Assembly (NCBI GenBank): GCA_963514005.1
Contig: OY740806.1
Location: 28,830,001 to 28,894,000 of the forward strand
Source: Raja brachyura
Taxonomy: Eukaryota
DNA length: 64,000 nt
Reading direction: 5' to 3'
Notes under the pieces: generated by a model
What the model saw: the letters and a program-made list of their open reading frames with translations, nothing else
Databases searched by the model: none
What the model was told of the DNA's origin: nothing
Made by a program: the position numbers and the translations under genes
Shown: piece by piece, positions 38,670-50,340 of the stretch
How the letters are laid out: each line of letters opens with the position of its first letter
Numbering within the stretch: the stretch's first letter is position 1

Positions 38670-41590
38670 TAGAAAACAAAACAGCACAGGACAGGAACAG
38701 GCCAATTTAACTAAACTCCTCAGCCTGCGCATTATCCATATCCTGAATATTCATTTGCCTATCTAAGTCTCTTAAACACCACTATCGTATCTGCCTCCAC
38801 CACCAACCCTGGGAGCATGTTCCAGGTACTTTGTTTTCACCACACCTTCTGATTTTATAATTTTTGTGTCATCCATAAACTTACTAACTATGCCATCATA
38901 ATATCCAAATTGTTAATATAACTAACAGACAACAGTGGACCCAGTTCTGATCTTTGTGGCACACCATTTGTTACAGGTTTCCTGCCTTCATTTTTTTAAT
39001 TTTTTTATTTAATTCTTTATTTCGAACAGAATAAAACAATAAAAAGCAAGTGTGAAACACCATACACAAAACAAAACAAGAATATTTATAAAGTGTCATA
39101 AACAGTATCTATAAATAAATGAAATCGTATGTCCGAAAAGGAGCAGGAAGAAGCCAAAGTTTATTAATTCCCACCCCTTATTCAACTGCTTAAAATTATC
39201 TTATACAAATTTAGCCTTAAAAACAATCCTCTTCCACCATCTTCTGTGTTCTGCCTTCAAACCAATTTTCTATTCAGTTGCTTGGTTTGTCCTGGATCCT
39301 TCCTAACCTTCCAGACCAGGTACCTTGTTGGAAGTCTTGCTAAAGTCAATCTGTAGACAATCTTATTTTTGTCGCCTCGTCAAAAAACTCAATAGATGAG
39401 ACAATTTCCCACTCACAATGCGATGCTGACCATCCCTAATCAGTCCTTTCCTTCCCAAGTGCATCTTGTTCCTGTCTCTGAGAATCCCCTCCAGTAACTC
39501 ACCCACCAGTTATAAGGGTCATTGCCCAGGCTTTTCCTTACAGCCTTTCTAAATAAAGGCACACCATTCGCCACCCTTCAATCTTCTGGCATCTTGCCTG
39601 TGCCTTTCTCAAATTGTGCCCACAATTACTTCCCTAACTTCTCACAATGTACTTGGACACACTTGATCAGGTCTCAGGGACTTAGCTACCGTATTACATT
39701 TTAAGATGTTCAACATTGATTTATACCAATGTTGATTTCAAAAGTATAAATATATAACTGATCAGTAACAGTATAATGGTTGTTCACTCAACTTTTGATG
39801 TTTGACTCATGCTCCCAGACAATGTGAGCCAGTTACCACATGTTTTCACTAAAAGTGTTGAAAATCATGTTCAAAGTTTCCTTGATCATAATGGCCGAGG
39901 TTAGTAGTGGAGGAGTGTTTGTCTGACTGGAGGATTGGAGTTAGTGTTCCACAAAGATCAGTGCTGGGACCTCTACTGTTTGCGATATTTATGGAAACTT
40001 GGATGAAGTAGATGGGCTGATTAGTAAGACATATTAAAATGGTGGATAGTGAAGAAGGTTGCCAAAGAGTTTAGCAGGATATTGATCATTTGGATATAAG
40101 ACAAGAAAATTGGCAGATGGAGTGTCAACAGGAGAGATTTTGTGGTTTAGGTCCATAGCTTACTAAAAATGGACCAGCTTCCCTGTAACCACCAGACTAT
40201 TGAACAATACATACTGCAATTGATCTCTGAACTACGAACTGTTCTGGTTGCACCAGGGACCTCGGACGTTGTTTTGTTCTGAACTATATTGTTTTTTGCT
40301 CATTTATTGAACTTATTTTTATTTGTTTGATTGTACTTTCTATAAAGTATTGTGTTTACAACTGTTGTGCTGCTGCAAGAATGTCATTGTTCCGTTTCTG
40401 TACATATGATCACTAAACACTTTTGTATCAGCATTGAGTATAATAGTCAGCAAATCGTGTTCCAGCTGTGTAAGACTTTGTTAAGGCTACATTTGGAGTA
40501 TAGTGTGTAGTTACGGTTGGCGCATTACAAGATGAATGGTGGGGGCTTTCGCGAGGGTGTTGAAGAAGTTCGCCAGGAATTTACTGGGATTAGAAGATTT
40601 TGGTTATGAGGAAATGTTGGATAGACAGATTGTTTTCTCTGAAGGCACTGATAGGGTAGATAGAGCCTTTTTCCAGGGATGGGAATGACAAATATTAGAG
40701 AGCGTAGGTTTAAGGGGGGGGGGGGGGGGGTACATGTAAATAACATGCATGATAGGTATATAGATAGGAAGGGTTTTGTTGGCATAACAAAGATGGACCA
40801 AAGGACCTGGTTCTCTGCTGTTTAGAACAAAGAATATACAGCACAGGAAAAAGCTATTCGGAGCAGTAGTCCGTGCCAAACAGAATACCAGGTTAATCCT
40901 ATCTCCTCAGCTTGCATGTGATCCATATCCATCCATTCCCTGCATACCCATGTGCCTGTAATAAACCTCTTCAAAGCCAATTGTATATCTGCCTCCACCA
41001 CCACCCCTGAAAATGTGTTCCAGGCATCCACCACTCACTGTGTAAATGAAACCCACAGCACCTTTAAACCTTGGTCCTCTCATCTTAAATCTATGCCTCT
41101 AGTCTTTGACATTTCCACGCTGGGCATAAAGGATCTGACTGTCTACCCTATTTATACCTCATAATTTTATGTACTTCTATCAGATTTCCACATAGGCTCC
41201 GAAGCTCCAGAGAAAACAAGCTAAGTTTGCCCAACCTTTCCTTATAGCCAATACTCTCTAATCCAGACACTATTCTGGTACTGTTCTGCACCCTCACCAA
41301 AGCTTCTATATCCTTCCTGTAATGGACCAATACAGCTTTATGACTGTGCGTGGTAAATTTTTATTTACACAAACAGTAGGCGCTGGAACAGGGTGGTGGG
41401 GGGGGGGGGGGGTAGTGAAAGCAGATACGAAAGTGACATTTAAGAGACATTTGGAAAGGCGCATGAACAGGCATGGGAAGGAGGGATACTGATTATGTGC
41501 AGGTGGATTCGATTAGTTTAGTTTAGCATCATGGTTGAAACAAACATGACTGATGTACTGAAGGGTCTATTCCTCTGCTGTTCTATAGTG
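38670..41590. mobile_element. Cluster of nested CR1-type fragments in both orientations, with Rex-tail pieces
   Basis: VPQ.SVLGPLLF (39945-39985), RLHLEYSV, YKERLGKLSLFSLELR.L.GNLIEV (minus strand) and several CR1 3'UTRs. Confidence 0.75.
38991..39214 (-). mobile_element. Poly(A)-tailed 3' end of a different non-LTR element nested in CR1
   Basis: Minus strand ends aataaagaattaaataaaaaaattaaaaaaa and interrupts CR1-like sequence at cctgcctt / gcctt. Confidence 0.5.
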
Positions 41591-42429
41591 TTAATAATAG
41601 AAATATTAGTTGTTTTAGTGTTTCTTGCTGGGAAGTAGTAAAGTTGGTTTCCGAAAGCTATAATAGTACACTGGCCACGACTAGTGAATGGAAATAATTT
41701 TGAGTATTCTCCTGTGGTGCATGTTTTTATCACTTATTCAACTTGTATTACAGAGTAAGTAATGGATAAAATACTATTGAGCGTAAAGAACATAAAATAT
41801 ATTCCAGATAGAAACTCATTGTGGCAATCAATGAAACCTGCTCTGGGCAAAATATTGAATACACTTGCAGTTTAAAACATTATTTTGAAAGGACCAAGTG
41901 TCTTTATGATTCAGTTTAGTCCTTCATCTTCTTTGTGTGCAGCAAATTGATTTCAACAGTTCATTATTTCAAGTTAATCATAAAAGTTTGGTATGAAACC
42001 TTTGCAATGCATTTTTTGTACTTTGAAAGCTAAAGAGGAGACATTACTGTGTGTTATGGAAATTCTTCTTACAGATGTATTAATACTCAGCAAGTCAAAT
42101 TGTCTACCTCCATTCCTTCGTACAACCTTTTATTTTTAAAATTAATGTCTGATTTCTGACAGGGAAGTTTTGATCTATCAGAGACCATAAGCAAATTGTG
42201 TGTGGGTGCATTGGTTTCTCATCCACCACAGCCTAGTTGACATTGAGAATAAAGCCAAATTGTGTTATTCCATAAATATTGATGCCAAGGATCAAAGATG
42301 CTTCTTTTTAAATCTGCAGTAACGATAATCTACTGCAAGATAAATAGTCTTTGATTGTTATGCCTTCACTATAACTGATGTTGACACACTAGCTTTACTT
42401 CTAATTAATTTCATATTTTCAAGCTCTGC

Positions 42430-42800
42430 TCCCTCGCTGATTCTCTCCCATTCATTGAACCAGATCGATTGAATCCTCGGTGTCATATTTGACCCTAGCT
42501 TGAGCCTCAACTATTTATCTTTGCCATCACAAAGACACTAATATAATACTGCCTGACTTTGCCTCAACCAAAGGTCAGCTGCGATTGATCCATGCTTTTC
42601 CTGCCAAGGTTTGACTGTTCCAATGCCCTGTTCCACTTTTTGTAAACTTAAGATAATCTAAGACACTGCTGCCTCTGCCCTGCTCCAATTCAACCACCAT
42701 CCATGTGCTTGCTGACCTTATTTGACTCAATGTTAAACAACATGTTAATGTTAAAATTTGCATGTTCGCTTTAAAGTCTCTTTATATATTCTTACCTCTC
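42430..42800 (+). mobile_element. Ancient L2-type LINE fragment
   Basis: LGVIFDPSLS and LIHAF...RFDCSNAL motifs. Confidence 0.65.
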
Positions 42801-42821
42801 ACTCATTTTGTAATAGTCTGT

Positions 42822-43044
42822 GTTAAAGAAGGAACTGCAGATGCTGGAGAATCGAGGGTTACACAAAAAGCTGGAGAAACTCAGCGGGTGCAGCAGCATC
42901 TAAGGAGCGAAGGAGATAGGCGATGTTTCGGGTCGAGACCCTTCTTCAGTCTGAAGAAGGGTCTCGACCCGAAACGTCGCCTATCTCCTTCGCTCCTTAG
43001 ATGCTGCTGCACCCGCTGAGTTTCTCCAGCTTTTTGTGTAACCC
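42822..43044. mobile_element. Young palindromic Penelope-derived insertion (95-bp arms, centre 42950)
   Basis: 14-bp TSD ttgtaatagtctgt (42808-42821, 43045-43058). Arms 42855-42949 and 42951-43045 are reverse complements with one mismatch seen (a CpG-type change). Confidence 0.93.
42951..42978 (+). ncRNA. Minimal type I hammerhead ribozyme-like core
   Basis: CUGAAGA-A-GGGU-CUCG-ACCC-GAAAC-GUC, with predicted cleavage after C42978. Stem I is only about 2 bp. Confidence 0.6.
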
Positions 43045-43700
43045 TTGTAATAGTCTGTTATCATTTCCAAATGTGATTGCCATTGATGATTATGTCTTCA
43101 GTTACCAGGTCTTACATTCTGGTATTCCCTCCCTCACTTATTATGAAAGCATCACGATCAAACTTTGTAGTTTGTTTCAAATTCATTTATAATGGTCCTG
43201 TGATGTGCCTCAGGATATTTTGCTGGATAGAATGCCCTTTTTAAAGAATTAATATCGTTTTTGTGGTTATCATTCATTGTCTTGTGAAGATGAGTACTCA
43301 GCTGTCTTCTAGTGACTATATTTTAATAATGCTATCAGATAGGAAGTTCCAGCAATGATGAAGGAACAACAATATATTTCCAGGTCAGGTTGGTGTGCTG
43401 CTTGGAGAGTTTATGAGCTACAGATGGTCGTGTTTTAAGGTGCCCACTACCATTGGTAGTAGAGTTAGTCAGTTTGGTGCTTTCAGTGTGGCCAAAGCAC
43501 GTATGTTGTGTTTTATACATGGTGCACAATGTGCTGGTGTAATTGATAATGCTTCCACTCTGGTTTCAAGATTCAAGAGAGTTTATTGTCATGTGTCCCA
43601 GATAGGACAATTAAATTCTTGCTTTGCTTCAGCACAACAGAATATAGTAGGCATAAATAAATACAGAACAGAACAGATCAGTGTGACCATATACCAATGA

Positions 43701-43733
<33 letters not shown>
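43701..43733. repeat. (AT)n(AC)n microsatellite within a minus-strand Rex-tail fragment (~43562-43835)
   Basis: Direct observation. Confidence 0.9.
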
Positions 43734-44869
43734 TAAATGAACAGATAAAGTGCAATGGGCTATTTAACAATTAGAGTTTTGTTTGAGTTGAATTTAATAG
43801 CCTGATGGCTGTGGGGAAGAAGCTATTCCTGAATTGAGCTGGCACATATGATGAAGAAACTGCTTTGGGCTGGATGAGTGGTTTATGAGGTGGTGCACTT
43901 CTGTCATTTATGTAGGGCCTCTGTGGTGTCAGGGTTCCCAATGCCATCACAAATGATCCTTCTCCATGTTGAGTGGTGAAGCACAGGGGAATCACAGAGG
44001 TCATTTTCTCAAGGAATTTTTGAACACATCCTTGAATCTTTTCATTTGTCTGTCTGGTATTCCATAACAGGGTTTGGAATAGGCCATAAGGTTTGGAAGC
44101 CTGGTGTGAATACGTGCTACCTGAAAGAAGGTTGAAAACATCATCCATCATTTTACTCTGAAAGTAAATTGATTGGGTAGACATTAACCAGATTGGATGT
44201 GTCTCGATGTTTGTGAACAGGATGTACCTGGGCAATGTTCCACATTGCTGGGTAGATATCAATGTATAAATAAATCAGTAGAAGATGTAGTGGTTTTTCC
44301 ACATAAATAAATGGTATATGTGTATTTAGATTGCGTTCATGTTTAAAGTCATTTAACATTTTTATTGGATTGCATCCACTGCCTCCAGGAAGGCGATCCA
44401 AATGCCAATTAAATTGGAGTTGGACGTCATTTACAGCAAGTATTTGGCACACGATTCCAGTCACCGTATTGCATTTTAATCAAAAATACCTAAAGCTTTT
44501 ATTTGGACTAAAATTTAAATTCAGCTACATTCAAAGAACTGTCAAGATTTCAAACACACCTCTGCCTTCAGTCTAACTACCATATGGTGTAAAGCTGCCT
44601 TTTGTTCCTAAGCCTTTGAGGGCATTGTGTACAGCGTTCAGAAATAATGATTGTTTCTTTCTATTTTTTTGAGAGTCCTCAAAGACGAACACATTTCGAG
44701 ACTCTCTGTGGGTATTGCTGGATTTTTAACATTTCAACTCAGTGCCTGAGGGACGTCTCAAATTCTGCGAAACTAAAATGTACCACAGTGGGTTTGATTG
44801 TTTTTTGCATCTTCTAGATGTCATGTGTAACCACAACCTGGACTCTAGATCTAAGGTGAAGGGACACAA

Positions 44870-45050
44870 AGGGGCACAGTGGCACAATGGTTGGCGCTGT
44901 TGCCACATGGCACATCTTTGGAATTTGGGAGAAAACCAGAATGTCAGTTCTGACCGGGTAGTAGCTGTTCGGCATTTGCACTTTTTTCCTCTGGCCATGT
45001 GGGTTACCCCAGGTACTCTGGTTTCTTCCCACATTCTTGCCTTCACACCC
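44870..45050 (+). mobile_element. V-SINE 5' part
   Basis: ggggcacagtggcacaatggtt head and gggttaccccaggtactctggtttcttcccacatt V-domain. Confidence 0.7.
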
Positions 45051-45199
45051 AAGGTCATGTTACCTGCAGCTCTGTATTTGCAGCATAACTTCACAATGCT
45101 TATCCTGAAAGCTGTTTTGAGAATATCTCTATTCCTTTGTGATCATGTTGCCTAATTCTTGTTGTAACTCTGCAATCATTGCACATTCTCCATTAATAG

Positions 45200-45323
45200 A
45201 CATCTGGTCTACTGCATGTGGGACCTGCTGCTTGACTTCCTAATCCCTGAAGCTTCCAACGAGGAGTTCCAAAAGTCTCTATTGACCTCTGCTTCAGGAA
45301 GCTCAGAGAAAATGCTGGGATGA
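45200..45323 (+). CDS. SNX19: SNX19 last coding exon with stop codon
   Basis: Acceptor attctccattaatag|A. AG+A=Arg continues the frame: RHLVYCMWDLLLDFLIPEASNEEFQKSLLTSASGSSEKMLG* (TGA 45321-45323), matching the SNX19 terminal motif RHL.YC..D..L.FL. Confidence 0.95.
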
Positions 45324-48289
45324 GGTAAGTGGCCGATCTAGCGAATATTCTCATTGGCATTTTGCTTCTCTGATGTTCTAGTGTCAATGCCCGTCATCTG
45401 CCTATTTTGACTATCATGAATAAACTAAATGTGCAAATGCTAAAATCTTCAGCAAAACACAAAATAGCTGGGGGAACTCGCGGGTTAGTTAGCATCTGTG
45501 GATGGAATGGACAGACGACGTTTCAGGTCTATTGTATAATAAATTCCAAATGTCTATTCTAGTTTTACTTCACATTAGCAGTTTGGAAGAGGCGCATCAA
45601 CAATTTTTCAGTCATGAACCCATTAGTAGAAAAAACAGTTGTACCTGCAAGCTATGTTATGGTTACATTCCAATTTGTAATCAGATCATTCTTTTCTTGC
45701 ATATCATTGAAATACATTTCTTGGCCAACATCTCCAGTTTAAAGGCTATTTAAGTTCAAAACCTGTGAAATTTGTCCAGAATTGTAAAGTGGTATTTATT
45801 TATCAACAACGGAATAACATTTTTTTTTTCTGGATTTACTTATATCTTTTTCTCTCTAATAGAGCCAAGAACCATCTCCACCCATCAACTGAATACAAGG
45901 GAAGTGTATCTCAAGAATATTGCTGGGATGTTGTGAAAAGAGATCAGATGAAGGTCGTTTTGCACAAGTGGATGCAAGATCAATTTTGAGTCAAATTCTT
46001 TACATTTCAACATTAGTTTCATAGTAAAATGAATGCACTAAATAATTAGCTATTTATTGAAAATGTAATGCATGTTAGAAATTATCTGGCACTGTGTCAG
46101 CTTTGTTCATCAGAGAAGATCTGGATGGGTTATTTTACACTGTATTGGCCTTCTTCATGGATAGAATGTGTACAGAGAAATCAAGATAATTGTAACGTTT
46201 AACGTGCAATACTGTTAAAACTAATCCGACTGAAAAAGGTGAGTTTTAAATGGCTTTACATTCAGCAGTTGCCAACACCTCGGAGGTAGGTGTATACAGC
46301 AGCCTTCTCAATCATTCCATCTCACATTTCATCCACGTAAATGACTAAGCTGCTTTATTATGGTTGTGCTGCCAAGACCAGTCCCCATAAATGCACTCAT
46401 TTAAAATATTTATTCAAACATTCCTAAAACCAGTGCTTTTTCTGCAATGGTACATGCTGGTATAAAGTACCTCTTAAGAAGTCAAACGTCATTATTTTGT
46501 TTTCCAGTCACGTGACGCGCATGTTTGTTAATCGTGCGTTCTGGCAACTTTTTTATCTACAAAAAGCACTGCCTAAAACAGAAATACTAGCACAGTGTGC
46601 ACTTACTGTTTAGCACTTGTTGGGGTACCAAGTCCATGAAATTCTTCAGAATTATTTTATTTAGATTACACAAATGTGGAAGACATTCTCTTTTCATGTT
46701 AAATGGGTTTCCGCTGCACCTTTAGCTGTGGAAATCATTGAAGGATTTTTTAAATTACGACCCAAGAGAAAAGAAAAAAAATGTGAAGCTGCATTCATAC
46801 TTAGTACAACATGGTGGCTGAGAGCTATTCCTTGTTGTCTGTCACAGTTTGTCCTTGGATAGAACAGAAGTCACCAATCTTAGCTTTGTTTTAAACAAGA
46901 TATAGTTGTTCAGAGGCGACCTATTTAATTGCCACATTTTTTAATTTGTTGAATCGCTTGAGGGACGCGCATGTTTGGCCATTGAGAGAAGCTGTAGTAT
47001 GAGAACCACTGCTTGCAGGTGTGTAACTGATGTGAAACAGCAATGCTGGAAATACTCAGCACTAATGTTTCCATTCAATGTCCTTTCTCCACAGTCTGAC
47101 TGCTGAGTGTCTACATCAGTTAACATTTTTATAATATGTTTTGACCATTTGCAATGTTTCTGTGAATTTGATATTTAATTAGCGGCTTTTAAAAGTATGT
47201 ACGAAAAATTGTATTTTCAGTCTCAATTATAATTCTGATGCAGGATAATTATTTATCAACCTGTGCTGCAGTTTCCTCATTCCAAGGTTGACATTTGTAA
47301 ATAATAACTAATACAGAGCAAGATATGCTTCCTGTCAGGATAAAGCACAGTGCTGTAACTATTTGATCTTGTCCCTCTTCCATCTGCTGCTATGTCCATC
47401 TGCTGTGGTGGTGAATTGTTGGGTGTTGCTTAATGCAAACTGAATTATCTTTAAAATAGAAAAGGTGCCTCAACTCATTCTGTATTAGATGTTAAACATT
47501 GTCTTTTGAGCTTGTATGAAAGTCTGTCTTCCGCGGACATAGACGGAAATAAGGAACAGAATCAAAGCACAAATACAAAGTTGCACCTTCCATTAAAATC
47601 TCTGTTAATCATTTCCCTCTACCTAACTGTGCCTGCCATTTTCTTTAGAAACAGAGCAGACTTTGAGTGTTTTGCTTAATTTAAGTGTTATGTTGAATAA
47701 TCAAACAGTTATGGAGCTAGACTACCAATTCCTGTAAGCTTCTTCTGGGATCTTAAGCACTTGTGCTATATCCAGGGGATTCATGCTTGTAAAGAAACAC
47801 ACATTCCAAATTGTGGAAATGTTGGTCTCTTTCACACTAATACCCCAATAGACACAACTGAGACTCCCATGCACAATAAATCCACGTACCCAAACTCAGG
47901 AAATTCAAGTTGACCCTGTCTCCCCCAGATTCTCACCTGCTCCCTTTCCTAATTCTTAGCCTTTCCAGACCTTTTCATCACTCATGTAGAGTCAGATACA
48001 GCCGTAAATTTTCTGAGCTGGAGGATTAATTATTAATAAAAGACTAAATGTCTAAATCTCTTTCAGGGAACAACCTGTTCTAGCTATTAGGTGGTACAAG
48101 AGTTGTTACTCCTTATATATGTAGGCCCTAAGGCTGATCTCAACAAGAAGTAGTTTCATATATCAGTGCAGCTAATCATAAGCTTTATATGATTAATGTG
48201 AAAAGCAGCAGGAGCCAGACATAATTGGATCAAGGCAGGATTGGCCCAAATAATCTGTATTGGTTGTGGCATTCTCTTTCCCATTCTTA

Positions 48290-48903
48290 ATTCAATGGTT
48301 CAATGGTATTTTATTGTCATATGTACCTGGGTACAGTGAAATTCCTTTTTTGCATACAATTCAGTAAAAATATTATTATACATCGGCACAATTATGCTCA
48401 AGTACAAGAGTGTAAGAATAGTAGATTTTGCTGAGGCACTATACAAGAGTCACCACATTTTCAGAGCCATCTTGTACTCTTCAAGTTCAAAGTAGCTACA
48501 AATGTTAGTCTTACCTTGGCCATAAAGGCCCAATGTCCTGGTGGCGGCACTGCAGGGTCGACCTGGCCTGGCCCGGCAATTTTGTTGGTGTCCTCCACCG
48601 CCACTCCGTGCCTTTGCAGGCCGTTTCCAGTTCATGCATTGGACCACTTGGAGCAGCACTCAATTTAATCAAGCCCCAGGTTACTACAGGGTCTCCAACG
48701 GCTCATTCCACCAACACAACGATCCGAACACGCCGACCGGCAAGCATGCCGTCCCTCGTCTCATTCAGCCAGCCTTTGTGTCCCGGGGTCTCCTGCAGCC
48801 GATCTCAGAACACCCAGAGCGCTCCCTAGGGCGGGGGAGGTGCGCTCCCAGCCCTTTCTTCGACAGCACCCCCTTCCTCTGTTCACCGCTGCCACCATCT
48901 TGA
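48290..48903 (-). mobile_element. GC-rich non-autonomous retroelement with Rex-like tail
   Basis: Minus strand starts caagatggtggcagcgg and ends catatgacaataaa plus (ccattgaa)n. Confidence 0.7.
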
Positions 48904-49964
48904 AGTAAAGGGTTACTGTGTTTGTAAAGTGAAGAGTGAATGCTCAATTTAATCTTATATGTGGAACATTGAAATCCATGCACTAGGCTTGGACATTGAA
49001 GTTTTGTGGGTAAAGGAGTAAGAGGAAGAAATAGACTTGTGCTTGAAAAGAAGATAGACCAGGCTTCAAAGTTGCTTTAAATAGAATTTAAAAGCTTGAT
49101 ACTAATGCTGAAGTTCATCGCAGTTGATGAGAAGTTGAAGTGCTTTACAGTGGAACCCATTGGCATGATGCAGGTTGAACATAATGGAAATCCACACTGG
49201 CAGATGCACAAGCTGCTATTTTAAGATTTCTGTTTTTCCAAAGTGACACTTCAGTTAGATGCTACTGTTTTGCATCAGGATATTATTTGGTAACCATGGA
49301 TATGGTGTATGTTTGCATAAATATGCTGAGCATGTTCAATTATAACTATTAATTGTCTCAAAAGTTCAGTGTCTAGTCACAGTTCCCAGTTGTAAAACTC
49401 AAGCCTGCTGCTTCTAAGAATTGTGAACTTGTTAACTATGAAACATTGTCTCCCACTAACCTTGGAGTGACGGAGCCAGTTTTAACTATTCCCCCAACGT
49501 GGGAACCAGCAAGTTACTCACACATTTTACACTCTACCCAATGAAGTTAATTGAAAGGAAAATGGAGCAGAATGCTGCACAGGTGATTACCCGACTGCTG
49601 ATGATACCATGCAGATGGCAACAGTTAGGGTCAGCTGAGATGCGTCTGTACTTTCATGATTTACCCTGAAAATGCATTGCTGTATGGAGAACAATGTGGT
49701 CAGATTTTGTAATAGAGTTATAGTTTATGATGTATATTGTGCATTAAAGTTCTATAAATAAAGCTTTGAAGATGAGTGTCAGATACTCTGATCAATTTTA
49801 TTCACAACCGTTGTCCAACAGCTTCACTGACTCAACACCAGAACGAGTTTCTGGACAAAAGAAATGGTCCATCTCTGAAGATGTCTTCATGTTTCTAAAC
49901 AACTTCCAGGGAAATGAAGGATCCTGACCCGAATCATCACCTATCCATGTTCTCCATGGAAACC

Positions 49965-50340
49965 TATACCTTCTTTCCGATGCGAGTAGTGAAATGAGAG
50001 CATGGTCAGGGTGCTGTACGTCCTTGATGATGCTGGCTACATTTTAGAGGCTGCACCTCCTAGAGGTCCCTTTGATGGTGGTGATGTCAGTACCCATGAT
50101 GGACTGGGCAGTATTCACCACTTTTTGCAATCTCCTTCGTTCCTGGGCATTCGAGTTGCCGAACCGTGATGCAACCAGTCAATATGCTCCCTACTGTACA
50201 CCTTTTATGTTCAAGACAATATCTGTTGGCATCCTGAATCTCCTCAGGCTTCTAAGAAAGAGGTAGCGTTGATGGGCTTTCTTCATGATGCATCAATGTG
50301 GTAGGTCCAGGACAGATCTTCAGATGAATGTATGCACGGG
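49965..50340 (-). mobile_element. Rex1/Babar fragment
   Basis: Minus-strand KKAHQRYLFLRSLRRF and KVVNTAQSIMGTD motifs. Confidence 0.75.

Noticed and set aside
42855-43045. pre-miRNA gene
   Set aside because: The hairpin is a TSD-flanked, multi-copy transposon palindrome and contains no mature miRNA I recognise.
46508-46613. Possible alternative terminal coding exon (SHVTRMFVNRAFWQ...)
   Set aside because: Phase-compatible, but it has no resemblance to SNX19. The true last coding exon is at 45200-45323.
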